From: an uncultured Dehalococcoidia bacterium
GTDB taxonomy: Bacteria; Chloroflexota; Dehalococcoidia; Lucifugimonadales; UBA3495
Length of the DNA stretch: 23,074 nucleotides
Reading direction: 5' to 3'
NCBI GenBank assembly: GCA_950072105.1
Contig: CATMOE010000056.1
Location: 1-23,074 of the forward strand
Both the position numbers and the translations under genes were made by a program. The notes under the pieces are model-generated. The model made no database searches, was not told where the DNA came from, and worked only from the letters and a program-made list of their open reading frames with translations. Shown in pieces: positions 1-8,791 of the stretch (its first letter is position 1; each line of letters starts with the position of its first letter).

Positions 1-218
1 CTTGATCGATGTTGTTCTGAGACACTTCTGGCTCCTTTCTTGATGTGGATGATCTATACCCAACACCAGGAGTCCAACCCCACCACCACTCTCATGTTTT
101 TCTCCCCTTAAAAGTGTCCCATTATCGCTGAACGCCTACAGGTTATGTTGTTGAAAATAAATGTCTTCGAAGGCGAGGGGGAGTACAGAGCCTTTATTAC
201 CCTACTTCCAAACCTGAG

Positions 219-854
219 TTGCTTCAGGAATTCCAGAGGTTAAAGGAAACCTTTAGCTCTCCCGATGACCCAGGTGGAATATCTTCTTTCGCTAGACGTT
301 GGGGTCTTCTTGGTTTCTCTGCATCTTCACCGAATGAGCCTATTGAGTGGATAAAGTTGCATGTTTTTTCGGTCTGCAGAGTTGCCCTTCTTCTGGGCAT
401 AGCAAAAGACGAGTCGGACAATAATTTGGCACTTGCTCTCGATTATGCTACGAACCCGGATTATTACGCAGATGGGCGCACTGTGTTTAGCTTGGACCAC
501 ACTCAGTTGGTAGCCCCGAATGGGACGAGGAACGCCCTGCTTGCTATAACCGCTCACCTTATCAAACAGAACCTACTAGACACCAGTGGAACAGTCCGCC
601 CTGATTTTGACGCAAGAACAGTTGAATCAACTTTAGAATTCACTACCCTCATCGATGTAATTTGGTGGCACTTGCTGAAACTGGCCGAGAGCCGGGATTT
701 GAAGCTTTGTCCAGAATGTCGCAGCGTCTTTCCAGCGACCCGTTCCAACCAGGTCTACTGTCCTCCTCCCACTTATTCCAGCAGCACCTCTAGTCTCTGT
801 CGTGCTCGCCACAAAACAAGAACTTACAGAACCAGTCAAAGAGACAAGGAGTAA
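219..854 (+). CDS. Hypothetical protein with C-terminal CGNR-like zinc finger (island-encoded; true start uncertain)
   Basis: C-terminus CPEC-x3-F...RSNQVYC...LCRARHKTRTYR resembles the zf-CGNR pattern (CxxC...F...C...C plus basic tail). The frame is open upstream to 132, with an in-frame TGA at 129-131. Confidence 0.6.
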   Translation: MLQEFQRLKETFSSPDDPGGISSFARRWGLLGFSASSPNEPIEWIKLHVFSVCRVALLLGIAKDESDNNLALALDYATNPDYYADGRTVFSLDHTQLVAPNGTRNALLAITAHLIKQNLLDTSGTVRPDFDARTVESTLEFTTLIDVIWWHLLKLAESRDLKLCPECRSVFPATRSNQVYCPPPTYSSSTSSLCRARHKTRTYRTSQRDKE

Positions 855-860
855 TAAAAG

Positions 861-1991
861 ATGAACGGTTCGATTAGAAAACGAGGCAAAAATACCTGGG
901 AATTGACCGTAGAAGTAGGTCGAGACGCTGGAGGAAAAAGACTCCGGAAGTTCACTAACGTCAAAGGGACCAAGGCCCAGGCGGAGAAAAAACTTCGGGA
1001 GCTGCTAACATCCCTGGACAAGGGAATGCCCGTCAGTACAGACAAGATTTCATTCGGTCAGTGGCTGTCAAAATGGATGGCTGAATACATTATCCCCAAC
1101 AAACGCCAGAGAACCATTGAGCGCTATGAAGGTTTGATTAACAAGCACATAGCTCCGGAATTGGGTCACATTGGATTAATAAAGCTGACCCCAAGCGAGA
1201 TACGAACCCTAGAAACCAAGCTCATTGGCAAAGGTATGGCTCCCAAGGGTGTGGAGCTGGTGCACACCGTCATCTCAGGCGCATTAAAATTTGCTCTACA
1301 GGAGGAAGTGGTCTGGAGGAACTCTGCCAAGTCCGTCACACCGCCCCAGGTGATACGGAAAGAGGTGGAGCCACCGGAAATCGCCAAAGTGAAGGACATA
1401 CTGCGCTTAGCCGAGGAGGAGCACCACCCTTTGTACCCTTGCCTTTACCTCATGGCTTACACCGGTTTAAGACGAGGGGAAGCACTTGGACTCAGGTTTC
1501 AGGATTTGAATCTGGAGACGGGAATAATATCGGTAGTCCAGACCGTTGTACGGTCTCTGCACAAAGGCGTGATAATCGAACCCACCAAGACAACATACAG
1601 CAGGCGCAACGTTGACCTAGACGATGGTACTGTCGCTGTTCTTAGGGCGCACTTAGGCAATCAACTCCTCCATCGCCTGGAACTGGATGGACTCTACGAT
1701 GATAATGGCCTTGTATTTCCCGACCCTTTGGGGAAGCCGCTAAATCCTATGACCCTCACCAGAACGTTTCAGACCTACGCAACGAGGCTCGGACTGACAT
1801 CTGCCAAGTTACACGACCTCAGACACTTTCATGCCAGCGTTATGCTTCAGCATGGGCAAACCCTACTTTTGGTGAGCAAGAGGCTAGGGCATGCCAGCAT
1901 CGCCACTACTGGGGACATTTATGGACATTTGCTCCCAGGCTGGCAGAAAGAGGCCGCCAACGCCTTCGCCAAAGCTATGAGAGAGGGCTAG
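861..1991 (+). CDS. int: Tyrosine recombinase / site-specific integrase (ICE/phage-type)
   Basis: N-terminal arm-binding-like segment GSIRKRGKNTWEL; catalytic motifs YTGLRRGEALGL, KT, HDLRH, LGH...YGH; RBS AAGGAG at 846-851. Confidence 0.95.
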   Translation: MNGSIRKRGKNTWELTVEVGRDAGGKRLRKFTNVKGTKAQAEKKLRELLTSLDKGMPVSTDKISFGQWLSKWMAEYIIPNKRQRTIERYEGLINKHIAPELGHIGLIKLTPSEIRTLETKLIGKGMAPKGVELVHTVISGALKFALQEEVVWRNSAKSVTPPQVIRKEVEPPEIAKVKDILRLAEEEHHPLYPCLYLMAYTGLRRGEALGLRFQDLNLETGIISVVQTVVRSLHKGVIIEPTKTTYSRRNVDLDDGTVAVLRAHLGNQLLHRLELDGLYDDNGLVFPDPLGKPLNPMTLTRTFQTYATRLGLTSAKLHDLRHFHASVMLQHGQTLLLVSKRLGHASIATTGDIYGHLLPGWQKEAANAFAKAMREG

Positions 1992-2000
1992 ATGAATCTG

Positions 2001-2021
2001 ATGTCGGCAAAATGTCGGCAA
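2001..2021 (+). repeat. Tandem 10-bp direct repeat ATGTCGGCAA (putative integrase arm-type sites)
   Basis: Exact copies at 2001-2010 and 2012-2021, between the int stop and the tRNA. Confidence 0.6.
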
Positions 2022-2083
2022 TTGGGGGGGTTACCGATTTGGGGAAGAAGACTTAGGCTCAAATTTGGCCGGGAAGGGGGAAA

Positions 2084-2159
2084 TGGTGCCGAGGGACAGA
2101 CTCGAACTGTCGACACCGGCATTTTCAGTGCCGTGCTCTACCACCTGAGCTACCTCGGC
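2084..2159 (-). tRNA. tRNA-Phe (GAA)
   Basis: Reverse complement GCCGAGGTAGCTCAGGTGGTAGAGCACGGCACTGAAAATGCCGGTGTCGACAGTTCGAGTCTGTCCCTCGGCACCA: 76 nt, cloverleaf, anticodon loop CTGAAAA, TTCGA T-loop, encoded CCA. Confidence 0.98.
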
Positions 2160-2170
2160 GAACGACCTTC

Positions 2171-2200
2171 ATCTTAGAGCTACCCCTTTGAGCCTGTCAA
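2171..2200 (-). promoter_or_regulatory. Putative sigma70 promoter of tRNA-Phe
   Basis: TTGACA-N18-TAAGAT on the minus strand just upstream of the tRNA 5' end. Confidence 0.55.
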
Positions 2201-2257
2201 GACGACCCCTCTTGGGAAAAGCTCCCAAGACAGTCAACATTTACTCTGAGACCCCAA

Positions 2258-2287
2258 TTGATTACCCACAAGTAAGCATCGTATAAT
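2258..2287 (+). promoter_or_regulatory. Putative sigma70 promoter of the pdxS operon
   Basis: TTGATT-N18-TATAAT. Confidence 0.55.
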
Positions 2288-2357
2288 ACAGCTTGAAACG
2301 CGATATGATTCCCAGTGGGTTGTGTCTCGTGCGTTATCCCTTTGGAGGAAGTCAATA

Positions 2358-3248
2358 ATGGTCGATGTATTAACCGGTACCGATACAGTTAAAGCAGGCC
2401 ACGCCCAGATGCTCAAAGGTGGCGTCATCATGGACGTAGTGACGCCGGAGCAAGCCCGGATCGCTGAAGAAGCGGGAGCGGTAGCCGTCATGGCTCTGGA
2501 GAGAGTGCCCGCCGACATCCGCGCCGATGGGGGAGTCGCCCGCATGACCGACCCTTCCATCATCTGCGCGATCATGGACACCGTGAGCATTCCGGTTATG
2601 GCTAAAGTTCGCATCGGACATTTTGTGGAAGCTCAGATCCTGGAATCATTGGGAGTGGACTACATCGACGAGTCTGAAGTTCTTACGCCCGCCGATGAGG
2701 TCCATCACGTGTGGAAACACGATTTCAAGGTGCCTTTCGTTTGCGGCTGTCGAGACTTGGGAGAGGCCCTGCGCCGCATCTCCGAAGGGGCAACCATGAT
2801 TCGCACCAAAGGAGAAGCGGGCACCGGGGATGTGGTTGAGGCCGTTCGCCACATGCGGGCCGTTCAGGACAACATCCGAAAACTTCAAACCATGCCCGAC
2901 GACGAGTTGGTGGTTGAGGCTAGGGACCTGGGGGTTAGCCTTGATCTGCTAACCCAGACTCGAGAGTTGGGGCGCCTTCCCACGGTGAACTTCGCGGCCG
3001 GCGGAGTGGCCACCCCCGCCGACGCGGCGCTGATGATGCAGCTCGGCGCCGACGGTGTTTTCGTAGGCTCGGGTGTATTCAAGTCAGGAGATCCCGCCGA
3101 GCGCGGCTACGCCATCGTCCAGGCGGTCACCCACTACAAGGATGCTAAGATTCTTGCCGAGGTCTCCAAGGGCTTGGGTGAGGCGATGGTGGGCATCAGT
3201 GCCAAGAGCATACCGGCAGACCAATTGATGGCTCCCAGGAGCATTTAG
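2358..3248 (+). CDS. pdxS: Pyridoxal 5'-phosphate synthase lyase subunit
   Basis: [69 protein letters not shown]; start moved to ATG 2358 behind GGAGG (2344-2348). Confidence 0.97.
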   Translation: MVDVLTGTDTVKAGHAQMLKGGVIMDVVTPEQARIAEEAGAVAVMALERVPADIRADGGVARMTDPSIICAIMDTVSIPVMAKVRIGHFVEAQILESLGVDYIDESEVLTPADEVHHVWKHDFKVPFVCGCRDLGEALRRISEGATMIRTKGEAGTGDVVEAVRHMRAVQDNIRKLQTMPDDELVVEARDLGVSLDLLTQTRELGRLPTVNFAAGGVATPADAALMMQLGADGVFVGSGVFKSGDPAERGYAIVQAVTHYKDAKILAEVSKGLGEAMVGISAKSIPADQLMAPRSI

Positions 3249-3300
3249 CAATCAAACTAGCGGGCCGACGAGGAGCGATCAATCGGAGAAGAAGACCGAA

Positions 3301-3891
3301 TTGGAAGTAGGTGTTCTAGCCCTGCAGGGAGACTTCGCCGAGCATATCGCTGTTCTGAAACGTTTGGGCGTTACAGGCCGGGAGATCAGGCTACCCGAAC
3401 AGCTTGAAAACATCAACGGCCTAATCATCCCAGGCGGCGAAAGCACAACGCTCAGCCGCCTGATGAGCATCTACTCTATGAGGGAACCCATCGAGCAGAT
3501 GTCCCGTCAAGGTAAGGCTATCTGGGGCACCTGCGCCGGGATGATAATGGTGGCGCAGGAAATCACCGAGGACGACCCGGTTCCCTTGAACCTCATGGAC
3601 ATCGGTGTGCTCCGAAACGGATTTGGAAGGCAAGTGGATAGCTTTGAGCAAGACCTACAGGTGATTGACCTTGGTCCAGCTCCCTTCCACGGGGTCTTTA
3701 TCCGAGCTCCGGTAATCACCCGGGTCGGTCGAGAGGTTAAAGTAATGGCGACCCTTCCAGATGGACAACCGGTGGCAGTACGCCAAGGCAATCTGTTAGC
3801 TACATCTTTCCATCCAGAACTTACCGCGGACAACAGATTACATCAATATTTTCTTGACCTAATTCCCCAGGAGTCATCCCCTTCGGCGTGA
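3301..3891 (+). CDS. pdxT: Pyridoxal 5'-phosphate synthase glutaminase subunit
   Basis: GVLALQGDFAEH, PGGESTT, GTCAG nucleophile, FIRAP, SFHPEL; follows pdxS. Confidence 0.97.
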   Translation: MEVGVLALQGDFAEHIAVLKRLGVTGREIRLPEQLENINGLIIPGGESTTLSRLMSIYSMREPIEQMSRQGKAIWGTCAGMIMVAQEITEDDPVPLNLMDIGVLRNGFGRQVDSFEQDLQVIDLGPAPFHGVFIRAPVITRVGREVKVMATLPDGQPVAVRQGNLLATSFHPELTADNRLHQYFLDLIPQESSPSA

Positions 3892-4856
3892 TGATGCACA
3901 CGGTCCGCATCAGCGATGCAGTGCGGTGTTTTCTGCTGAACGTGCCCAAGGGGCCTAATCTGGCCTGCCCCAGGGAAACCTCTCTCAGTGGTAAACAGCC
4001 TGGCAACACGGTACTTTGGCGGGAGACGTTGGCCAGCCGCGGGGGTAGGGTCTCCCTGGTTTCCTGGCAGGGCTTCCGATTCACCGGGCTGGCTTCAGCC
4101 CACGCCATCAATGGTCACCGAGCTTGGGAGATTGACCGTCTTTTTGTATCCACCGGCCAGGACAAAATCCCGGAAGATTCTAACGGAGCCGGCGGCAAAC
4201 TTCAGAAATCGTGGGACCATGCCTTCACGGACTTCTTGGAGAAATTGGTCCAAGAAGCCGGAGAGCGATCAGGCGAGCGCGTGATGTTGCGCCTCCCCTT
4301 CGACAGCCCTTGCGTACACGACGCCAGGCTTGCCGGTTTTTATCCCTTTTTCGAAGAGGTCTTATTAGAGGGGCAAGTTGCTGAAGAGGGGCAAAACGGA
4401 GCGGCATCACCGCTGAGTCTGGATGTGCGTTTACCCCATGACGATTACGGTCTGTTCCAACTGTTCTACGCCGGTTCTCCTCAACAGGTCAGGGACGGCC
4501 TTGGGTCTACTTTCGACCAATGGCGCGATTCCCAGAATCCGTTCCGCCGGGAAATGCGAGAGTGGGTCATCAGGGAGAAGGAACGTATAATCGGCTGGCT
4601 AGGTCTGCGTACCGTTGATGGCTGGCAAGAAGGCGAGGTCATGTACCACCCGGATTTTCCGGACGCCTTACCGGTCCTCTTAGAAAAGGCGCTGGCCCGG
4701 CAGGGTATACAAAAGTGGTTGATTCCTGATTACCAGGAGATGTCGCAAGAGTTGCTGCTTCGGCGTGGTCTCGTTGAAACGGCCCGTTATGTTGTGCTAG
4801 TCAAAACGGTGGCCGCCCGGGTCATGGCGCCCGGTTTCGCGGCGGTGGAGGCGTAG
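3891..4856 (+). CDS. Hypothetical protein, possibly degenerate tandem GNAT-like folds
   Basis: Long ORF coupled to pdxT and the next gene. WEIDRLFV...LEKLVQEAG...VMLRLP...RLAGF and IIGWLGL...LLEKAL...LLLRRGL loosely resemble GNAT elements. Start could be 3888, 3891 or 3894. Confidence 0.55.
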   Translation: MMHTVRISDAVRCFLLNVPKGPNLACPRETSLSGKQPGNTVLWRETLASRGGRVSLVSWQGFRFTGLASAHAINGHRAWEIDRLFVSTGQDKIPEDSNGAGGKLQKSWDHAFTDFLEKLVQEAGERSGERVMLRLPFDSPCVHDARLAGFYPFFEEVLLEGQVAEEGQNGAASPLSLDVRLPHDDYGLFQLFYAGSPQQVRDGLGSTFDQWRDSQNPFRREMREWVIREKERIIGWLGLRTVDGWQEGEVMYHPDFPDALPVLLEKALARQGIQKWLIPDYQEMSQELLLRRGLVETARYVVLVKTVAARVMAPGFAAVEA

Positions 4857-4858
4857 GA

Positions 4859-6505
4859 TTGGCGATAGCGGAAGATCTGGTCCAGAAAGAACTCGGCCAG
4901 TTGCTGGACATCCTGCCCCCGCGCGTGGCGGATACGCTACGGGCCCGCGAGGATGTGGACGAGTTGTTGGAGGTGGTCTTGGACTTGGGACGCGTGCCCG
5001 AGGCCAGATTCCCTTCTGGCGACATCGCCTTGGATGATGAGGACGTCACCAGGGAGGACTTGGAGAACCTGGTAGCGCGCCTTGGCGAATTTGGTGACGA
5101 CAACCGGGCCGGCATCGAACGGACGCTACACCGCATCTCCGCAATCCGGAACCGAAAGGGCCAGGTCATCGGGATAACCTGCCGGGTGGGCCGGGCCGTC
5201 TTCGGCACCATCAAGATAATTGAAGACTTGGCTTTCTCCGGCAAAAACATCCTGCTCCTTGGCCGCCCCGGCGTGGGCAAGACCACCATGTTGCGCGAGA
5301 TAGCCCGTGTGCTGTCGGAGGACGCAAAGAAGCGGGTGGTCATCGTCGACACCTCGAACGAAATAGCCGGTGACGGTGACGTGCCTCACAAAGCCATAGG
5401 GCGCTCCCGCCGGATGCAGGTAACCACCCCGGCCCACCAACACGGGGTGATGATTGAAGCCGTGGAGAATCACATGCCCGAGGTTATCATCATCGATGAG
5501 ATGGGCACGGAACTGGAAGCAGCGGCAGCCCGTACCATCGCCGAGCGTGGGGTGCAACTCATCGCCACCGCCCACGGTAATACTCTGGACAACCTGGTGA
5601 TGAACCCAACCCTGTCCGACCTGGTGGGCGGCGTTCAATCGGTAACCCTGGGGGACCAGGAGGCTCGATACCGTGGGACCCAAAAGACGGTGTTAGAAAG
5701 GAAAGCTCCGCCCACCTTCGACGTGGTGATAGAGATTCAAGATTGGAGCCGGCTTGCCGTTCATGATGGCGTGGCCCACGTGGTAGACCAATGGCTCCGG
5801 GGATATCCGGTGGCTCCGGAAGTACGCTGGCTAGACGAAGAGGGGCAGGTAAACCGGAATAAAGAACCTGCCCGGCCCAGCGAAGCCTCCCTGGCGCCCT
5901 GGCGTCCCGACCAACCCAAGCGCTCCGGCCGAAACAGGCAGCCAGACCAGCAACAGATGGGCCAAGTGGGACCGGCGTCGTTCGTCCAAGAGGCCGAACC
6001 AGACGCTAATGACTTAGACCTCAGGGTTTTCCTATTCGGCGTCGGGCGCGATAAATTGGAGGCGGCCGGGGTGGAAGCCGGGGTCCCGGTACAAGTCGCC
6101 AATGAACTACGCCGCGCCGACGTAGTCTTGACCACCAAGACCCATTACCGGCGAGGGTCTCAGTTGGTGCGCACCGCCGAGTCTACCGGAACTCCCGTTT
6201 ACGTTCTCAGAAAGAATACCATGCCCCAAGTTCAGGAGTTTCTCCACACCATCTCCAAAGAGTGGCGGGACAACGGCATGGGACCCAGGTCGGGGGGAGA
6301 AGATTACAAAGCAACCCTTGAGCAGGCGATGCAGGAGGCCGAAGACGCGGCCCAGCGGGTGCTCAGCGGCGAGTTTTCTATCCAGTTAGCGCCCCAACGG
6401 TCCTACGTGCGGCGTCTCCAGCATATGCTGGCCCAACGTTACAATCTGGCTTCCACCAGCAAGGGCCGGGACCCAGCCCGGGCCGTGCTACTCTACAAGC
6501 CCTGA
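4859..6505 (+). CDS. Ycf45/SpoIIIAA-like AAA ATPase with C-terminal R3H domain
   Basis: Walker A GRPGVGKT, IVDTSNEIAGDGD, AVENHMPEVIIIDE, ATAHG; C-terminal R3H motif RRLQH. Confidence 0.9.
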   Translation: MAIAEDLVQKELGQLLDILPPRVADTLRAREDVDELLEVVLDLGRVPEARFPSGDIALDDEDVTREDLENLVARLGEFGDDNRAGIERTLHRISAIRNRKGQVIGITCRVGRAVFGTIKIIEDLAFSGKNILLLGRPGVGKTTMLREIARVLSEDAKKRVVIVDTSNEIAGDGDVPHKAIGRSRRMQVTTPAHQHGVMIEAVENHMPEVIIIDEMGTELEAAAARTIAERGVQLIATAHGNTLDNLVMNPTLSDLVGGVQSVTLGDQEARYRGTQKTVLERKAPPTFDVVIEIQDWSRLAVHDGVAHVVDQWLRGYPVAPEVRWLDEEGQVNRNKEPARPSEASLAPWRPDQPKRSGRNRQPDQQQMGQVGPASFVQEAEPDANDLDLRVFLFGVGRDKLEAAGVEAGVPVQVANELRRADVVLTTKTHYRRGSQLVRTAESTGTPVYVLRKNTMPQVQEFLHTISKEWRDNGMGPRSGGEDYKATLEQAMQEAEDAAQRVLSGEFSIQLAPQRSYVRRLQHMLAQRYNLASTSKGRDPARAVLLYKP

Positions 6506-6517
6506 TCCCGAACGTCC

Positions 6518-7123
6518 GTGGCGTGCTTCATTGTTTTCGAAGGTGGCGACGGCTCGGGTAAGAGCACCCAGGCGCGCAGCCTCAACCGGCGGCTACGCCG
6601 CCGGGGTCTCCCCGTTCTGTTGACCCGCGAACCCGGGGGCACGCCCGCCGGTGAGTCGATTCGCCGCTGGCTCAAAGGCCGGCTCAACCTCCAACCATTA
6701 ACCGAATTATTGCTGTTCGAGGCTGCCCGGACTCAACTGGTGGAGTCGGTAATACGACCCGGACTTGACGGCGGGAGCACCGTGATCAGCGACAGGTACA
6801 CCGCGTCAACCATGGCATATCAAGGCTATGGACGGGGGTTGGACTTGGGATTGATCCGGCAGTTGAACCTGATCGCCACCGGAGGATTAGTTCCCGATCT
6901 GACAGTGCTACTAGACCTGCCGGCTCAGATAGGATTATCCCGGAGGGAGACTGCGGTAGCCGACCGGTTTGAAAGCGCCCCGGATAAGTTCCAGCGCAAG
7001 GTACGGGAAGGATACTTGGCTCAGGCGGCGGCGGACCCCGCCAAGTGGTTGGTGTTGGATGGCGCCAAGCCACAACGCCAATTAAGCCGGGATATTTGGG
7101 CAAAAGTTCAGCCCCTTCTCTAA
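6518..7123 (+). CDS. tmk: Thymidylate (dTMP) kinase
   Basis: FIVFEGGDGSGKSTQ, TREPGGT, DRY..S..AYQGYGRG, PDLTVLLD, DRFE. Confidence 0.97.
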   Translation: MACFIVFEGGDGSGKSTQARSLNRRLRRRGLPVLLTREPGGTPAGESIRRWLKGRLNLQPLTELLLFEAARTQLVESVIRPGLDGGSTVISDRYTASTMAYQGYGRGLDLGLIRQLNLIATGGLVPDLTVLLDLPAQIGLSRRETAVADRFESAPDKFQRKVREGYLAQAAADPAKWLVLDGAKPQRQLSRDIWAKVQPLL

Positions 7124-7135
7124 GAGAAGGGGCTG
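7109..7135. terminator. Perfect hairpin between convergent tmk and selenoprotein genes (likely terminator)
   Basis: CAGCCCCTTCTC-TAA-GAGAAGGGGCTG: 12-bp stem whose loop is the tmk stop codon. Confidence 0.65.
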
Positions 7136-7191
7136 TTGTTACCTAGGTGTTTCGGGCATCCCCGCTAAGGAGTTGCCCAGACCGCTACCGG

Positions 7192-7476
7192 CTAGTTGTC
7201 GGCAGGGACCGGAACCGCGTTCGCGATTCTCTCGGCGATGACTTCGCGCATCTTCCGAACACGAGCCAGGTCCGGGTAGATGTTGCCTTCGCCCTTCTTG
7301 TCAAAAATCCGCTCGCCGTCTACGAAGACTTCCATGATCCCTTGCCCTCTCGGGGAGATGGCTACGGAAACATCGGGGCCGAAGTGACGGAAAAACTCAT
7401 TCGCCATCCACGTGGCGGTGCCGAGGTGTTGTCAAGGTACGCAGTAAGTGATCTCTAGTTGGACTTTTCCTTCCAT
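7192..7476 (-). CDS. Rdx/SelW-like selenoprotein (94 aa, CxxU motif, in-frame TGA read as Sec)
   Basis: AAGGAG RBS (7490-7485), ATG 7476, MEGKVQLEITYCVP-TGA(7434-7432)-QHLGTATWMANEFF...GIMEVFVDGERIFDKK...YPDL, matching the Rdx pattern I.YC..C/U...G.FEV.VDG..I.SK. Confidence 0.88.
7397..7431 (-). promoter_or_regulatory. Putative bacterial SECIS hairpin
   Basis: CGCCA-CGTGGA-TGGCG stem-loop (7417-7402) starting 15 nt after the UGA, G-containing loop, possible lower CTC/GAG pairing. Confidence 0.6.
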
Positions 7477-7516
7477 GGAAGCAACTCCTTCAACCTGAAG
7501 TTTGGGGTCATCCCTT

Positions 7517-7544
7517 AGTTTAACCGGATTTCCAGCACTGTCAA
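7517..7544 (-). promoter_or_regulatory. Putative sigma70 promoter of the selenoprotein gene
   Basis: TTGACA-N16-TAAACT on the minus strand, ~40 nt upstream of the ATG. Confidence 0.45.
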
Positions 7545-7625
7545 CTCCTGGAAAGCAGCTAAGGAGCGTGTTTATACGGCTCCGGAACGAGATTCTCGGA
7601 CGCACGTCCGCAACAATTCATGCAG

Positions 7626-8630
7626 TCAGCCGGACAGCGCCGCAACTTCACGCCCGAACCGTTCGATAATGACGTCCGGTTGGGGGCCGATGGCGGTGGC
7701 CAACAGGACATCGACTCCGGCCTCTGGTATGCCCCTAACCTTTTCCCGGCACTGGTCCGGTGTGCCAACTACGGCGAACCGGTCGGCTAAGAAATCGGTG
7801 AACCCCAGTTCATCGGACAGGGTGGCGTTGCGGGTGTGGCCCAGTTGCTCGTGCTCCACGGGCACGTAATCCCTTTGAAGCACGGCCACGGCCTCGTGGA
7901 GTTCTTCGGGGACGTGCTTACCTTCCAGAGTGTACCTGAAGGCGTGATGCCCGCTGGCCGCCAGGGCCATCTTAATCTCCTGGATGGCGGTTTCCTGATC
8001 GTTGGCGACGTTGCATTTGGCGAATGCCCAGATCTCCACCGAACCAACTGGTTTTCCGGCGTCGGCCTCACCTTCCCGGATCAGACTGATAGATCGTCGC
8101 AAGATATCTGGAGTAAGCCCTGTATGCACCAGCACGGCGTCGGCAATCTCCCCGGCCAGTTTCAGGGTGCGGGGGCCTTCGGCCGCCATGAGGATGGGAA
8201 CCGGCGCATCCGCCCACCGCACGTGGGTGTCCCGCCCTTGATAGGAATAAGAATCGCCAGACAGATGGGTACGCACAGCCTGAACGTATTCTTTAACCTG
8301 AGACATCCGGGCGGGGCGTAAGTTAAGGTTAAGGACGGCGCTGTCACCGCTACCGATGCCCAGAAAAGCCCGCCCGTGGGACAGTTCGTCTATTGAGGCG
8401 ATGGCCGACGATGTCACCGCTGGGTGGCGGGTCAACGGGTTGGTGACCGTAGGGCCGATTCGGGCGTGATTGGTCGCCTGAGCAACCACCGCCAGGCTTA
8501 CGTACAGCTCGCGAAATAGGGATTGGGAGTCGGCGACGCCGATGTATTCAAACCCTATCCCCTCGGCCAGTCTCGCCCGTTCCCCCAATTTGCCCAGATC
8601 GTCTGCCAGCAGCGTAACTCCGAACTTCAT
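7626..8630 (-). CDS. LLM-class flavin/F420-dependent oxidoreductase (Mer-like)
   Basis: MKFGV...AEGIGFEYIGVADSQ, IGPTVTNPLTRHPAVTSSAIASIDELSHGRAFLGIGSGD, AAEGPRTLKLAGEIADAV, VVGTPDQC. Confidence 0.92.
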   Translation of the reverse strand: MKFGVTLLADDLGKLGERARLAEGIGFEYIGVADSQSLFRELYVSLAVVAQATNHARIGPTVTNPLTRHPAVTSSAIASIDELSHGRAFLGIGSGDSAVLNLNLRPARMSQVKEYVQAVRTHLSGDSYSYQGRDTHVRWADAPVPILMAAEGPRTLKLAGEIADAVLVHTGLTPDILRRSISLIREGEADAGKPVGSVEIWAFAKCNVANDQETAIQEIKMALAASGHHAFRYTLEGKHVPEELHEAVAVLQRDYVPVEHEQLGHTRNATLSDELGFTDFLADRFAVVGTPDQCREKVRGIPEAGVDVLLATAIGPQPDVIIERFGREVAALSG

Positions 8631-8701
8631 ATACCTGTCCTGCAGAATCGTTCAATGATATCCAAAACGATCGGCACTAGCGTCCGGCGTAACGATGCAG
8701 G

Positions 8702-8751
8702 GTGGTTCGACAAGCTCACCATGAACGCATCAGTAAGCTCACCACGAACGG
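8702..8751 (+). repeat. Intergenic REP-like element (GGTTCGACAAGCTCACCA type), one full and one partial copy
   Basis: GTGGTTCGACAAGCTCACCATGAACG (8702-8727) followed by AAGCTCACCACGAACGG (8735-8751); related inverted copy at 20876-20902. Confidence 0.7.
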
Positions 8752-8791
8752 AGAAAGCCGGTGGCCCCGCGTCTGTCCAAAGGCTGGGATA

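Larger units (their letters stand above)
1..2100. mobile_element. Right edge of an integrative element / genomic island inserted at the tRNA-Phe 3' end
   Basis: Integrase ends ~90 nt from the tRNA CCA end; this segment is visibly more AT-rich than the downstream housekeeping genes. The other att site lies outside the window, so the boundary is approximate. Confidence 0.75.

Noticed and set aside
1992..2177. 61-aa ORF after the integrase (possible excisionase)
   Set aside because: It is the antisense reading of tRNA-Phe plus the att region.
8702..8751. CRISPR array
   Set aside because: Only two imperfect copies with a ~7-nt gap and no cas genes; better explained as REP-like repeats.
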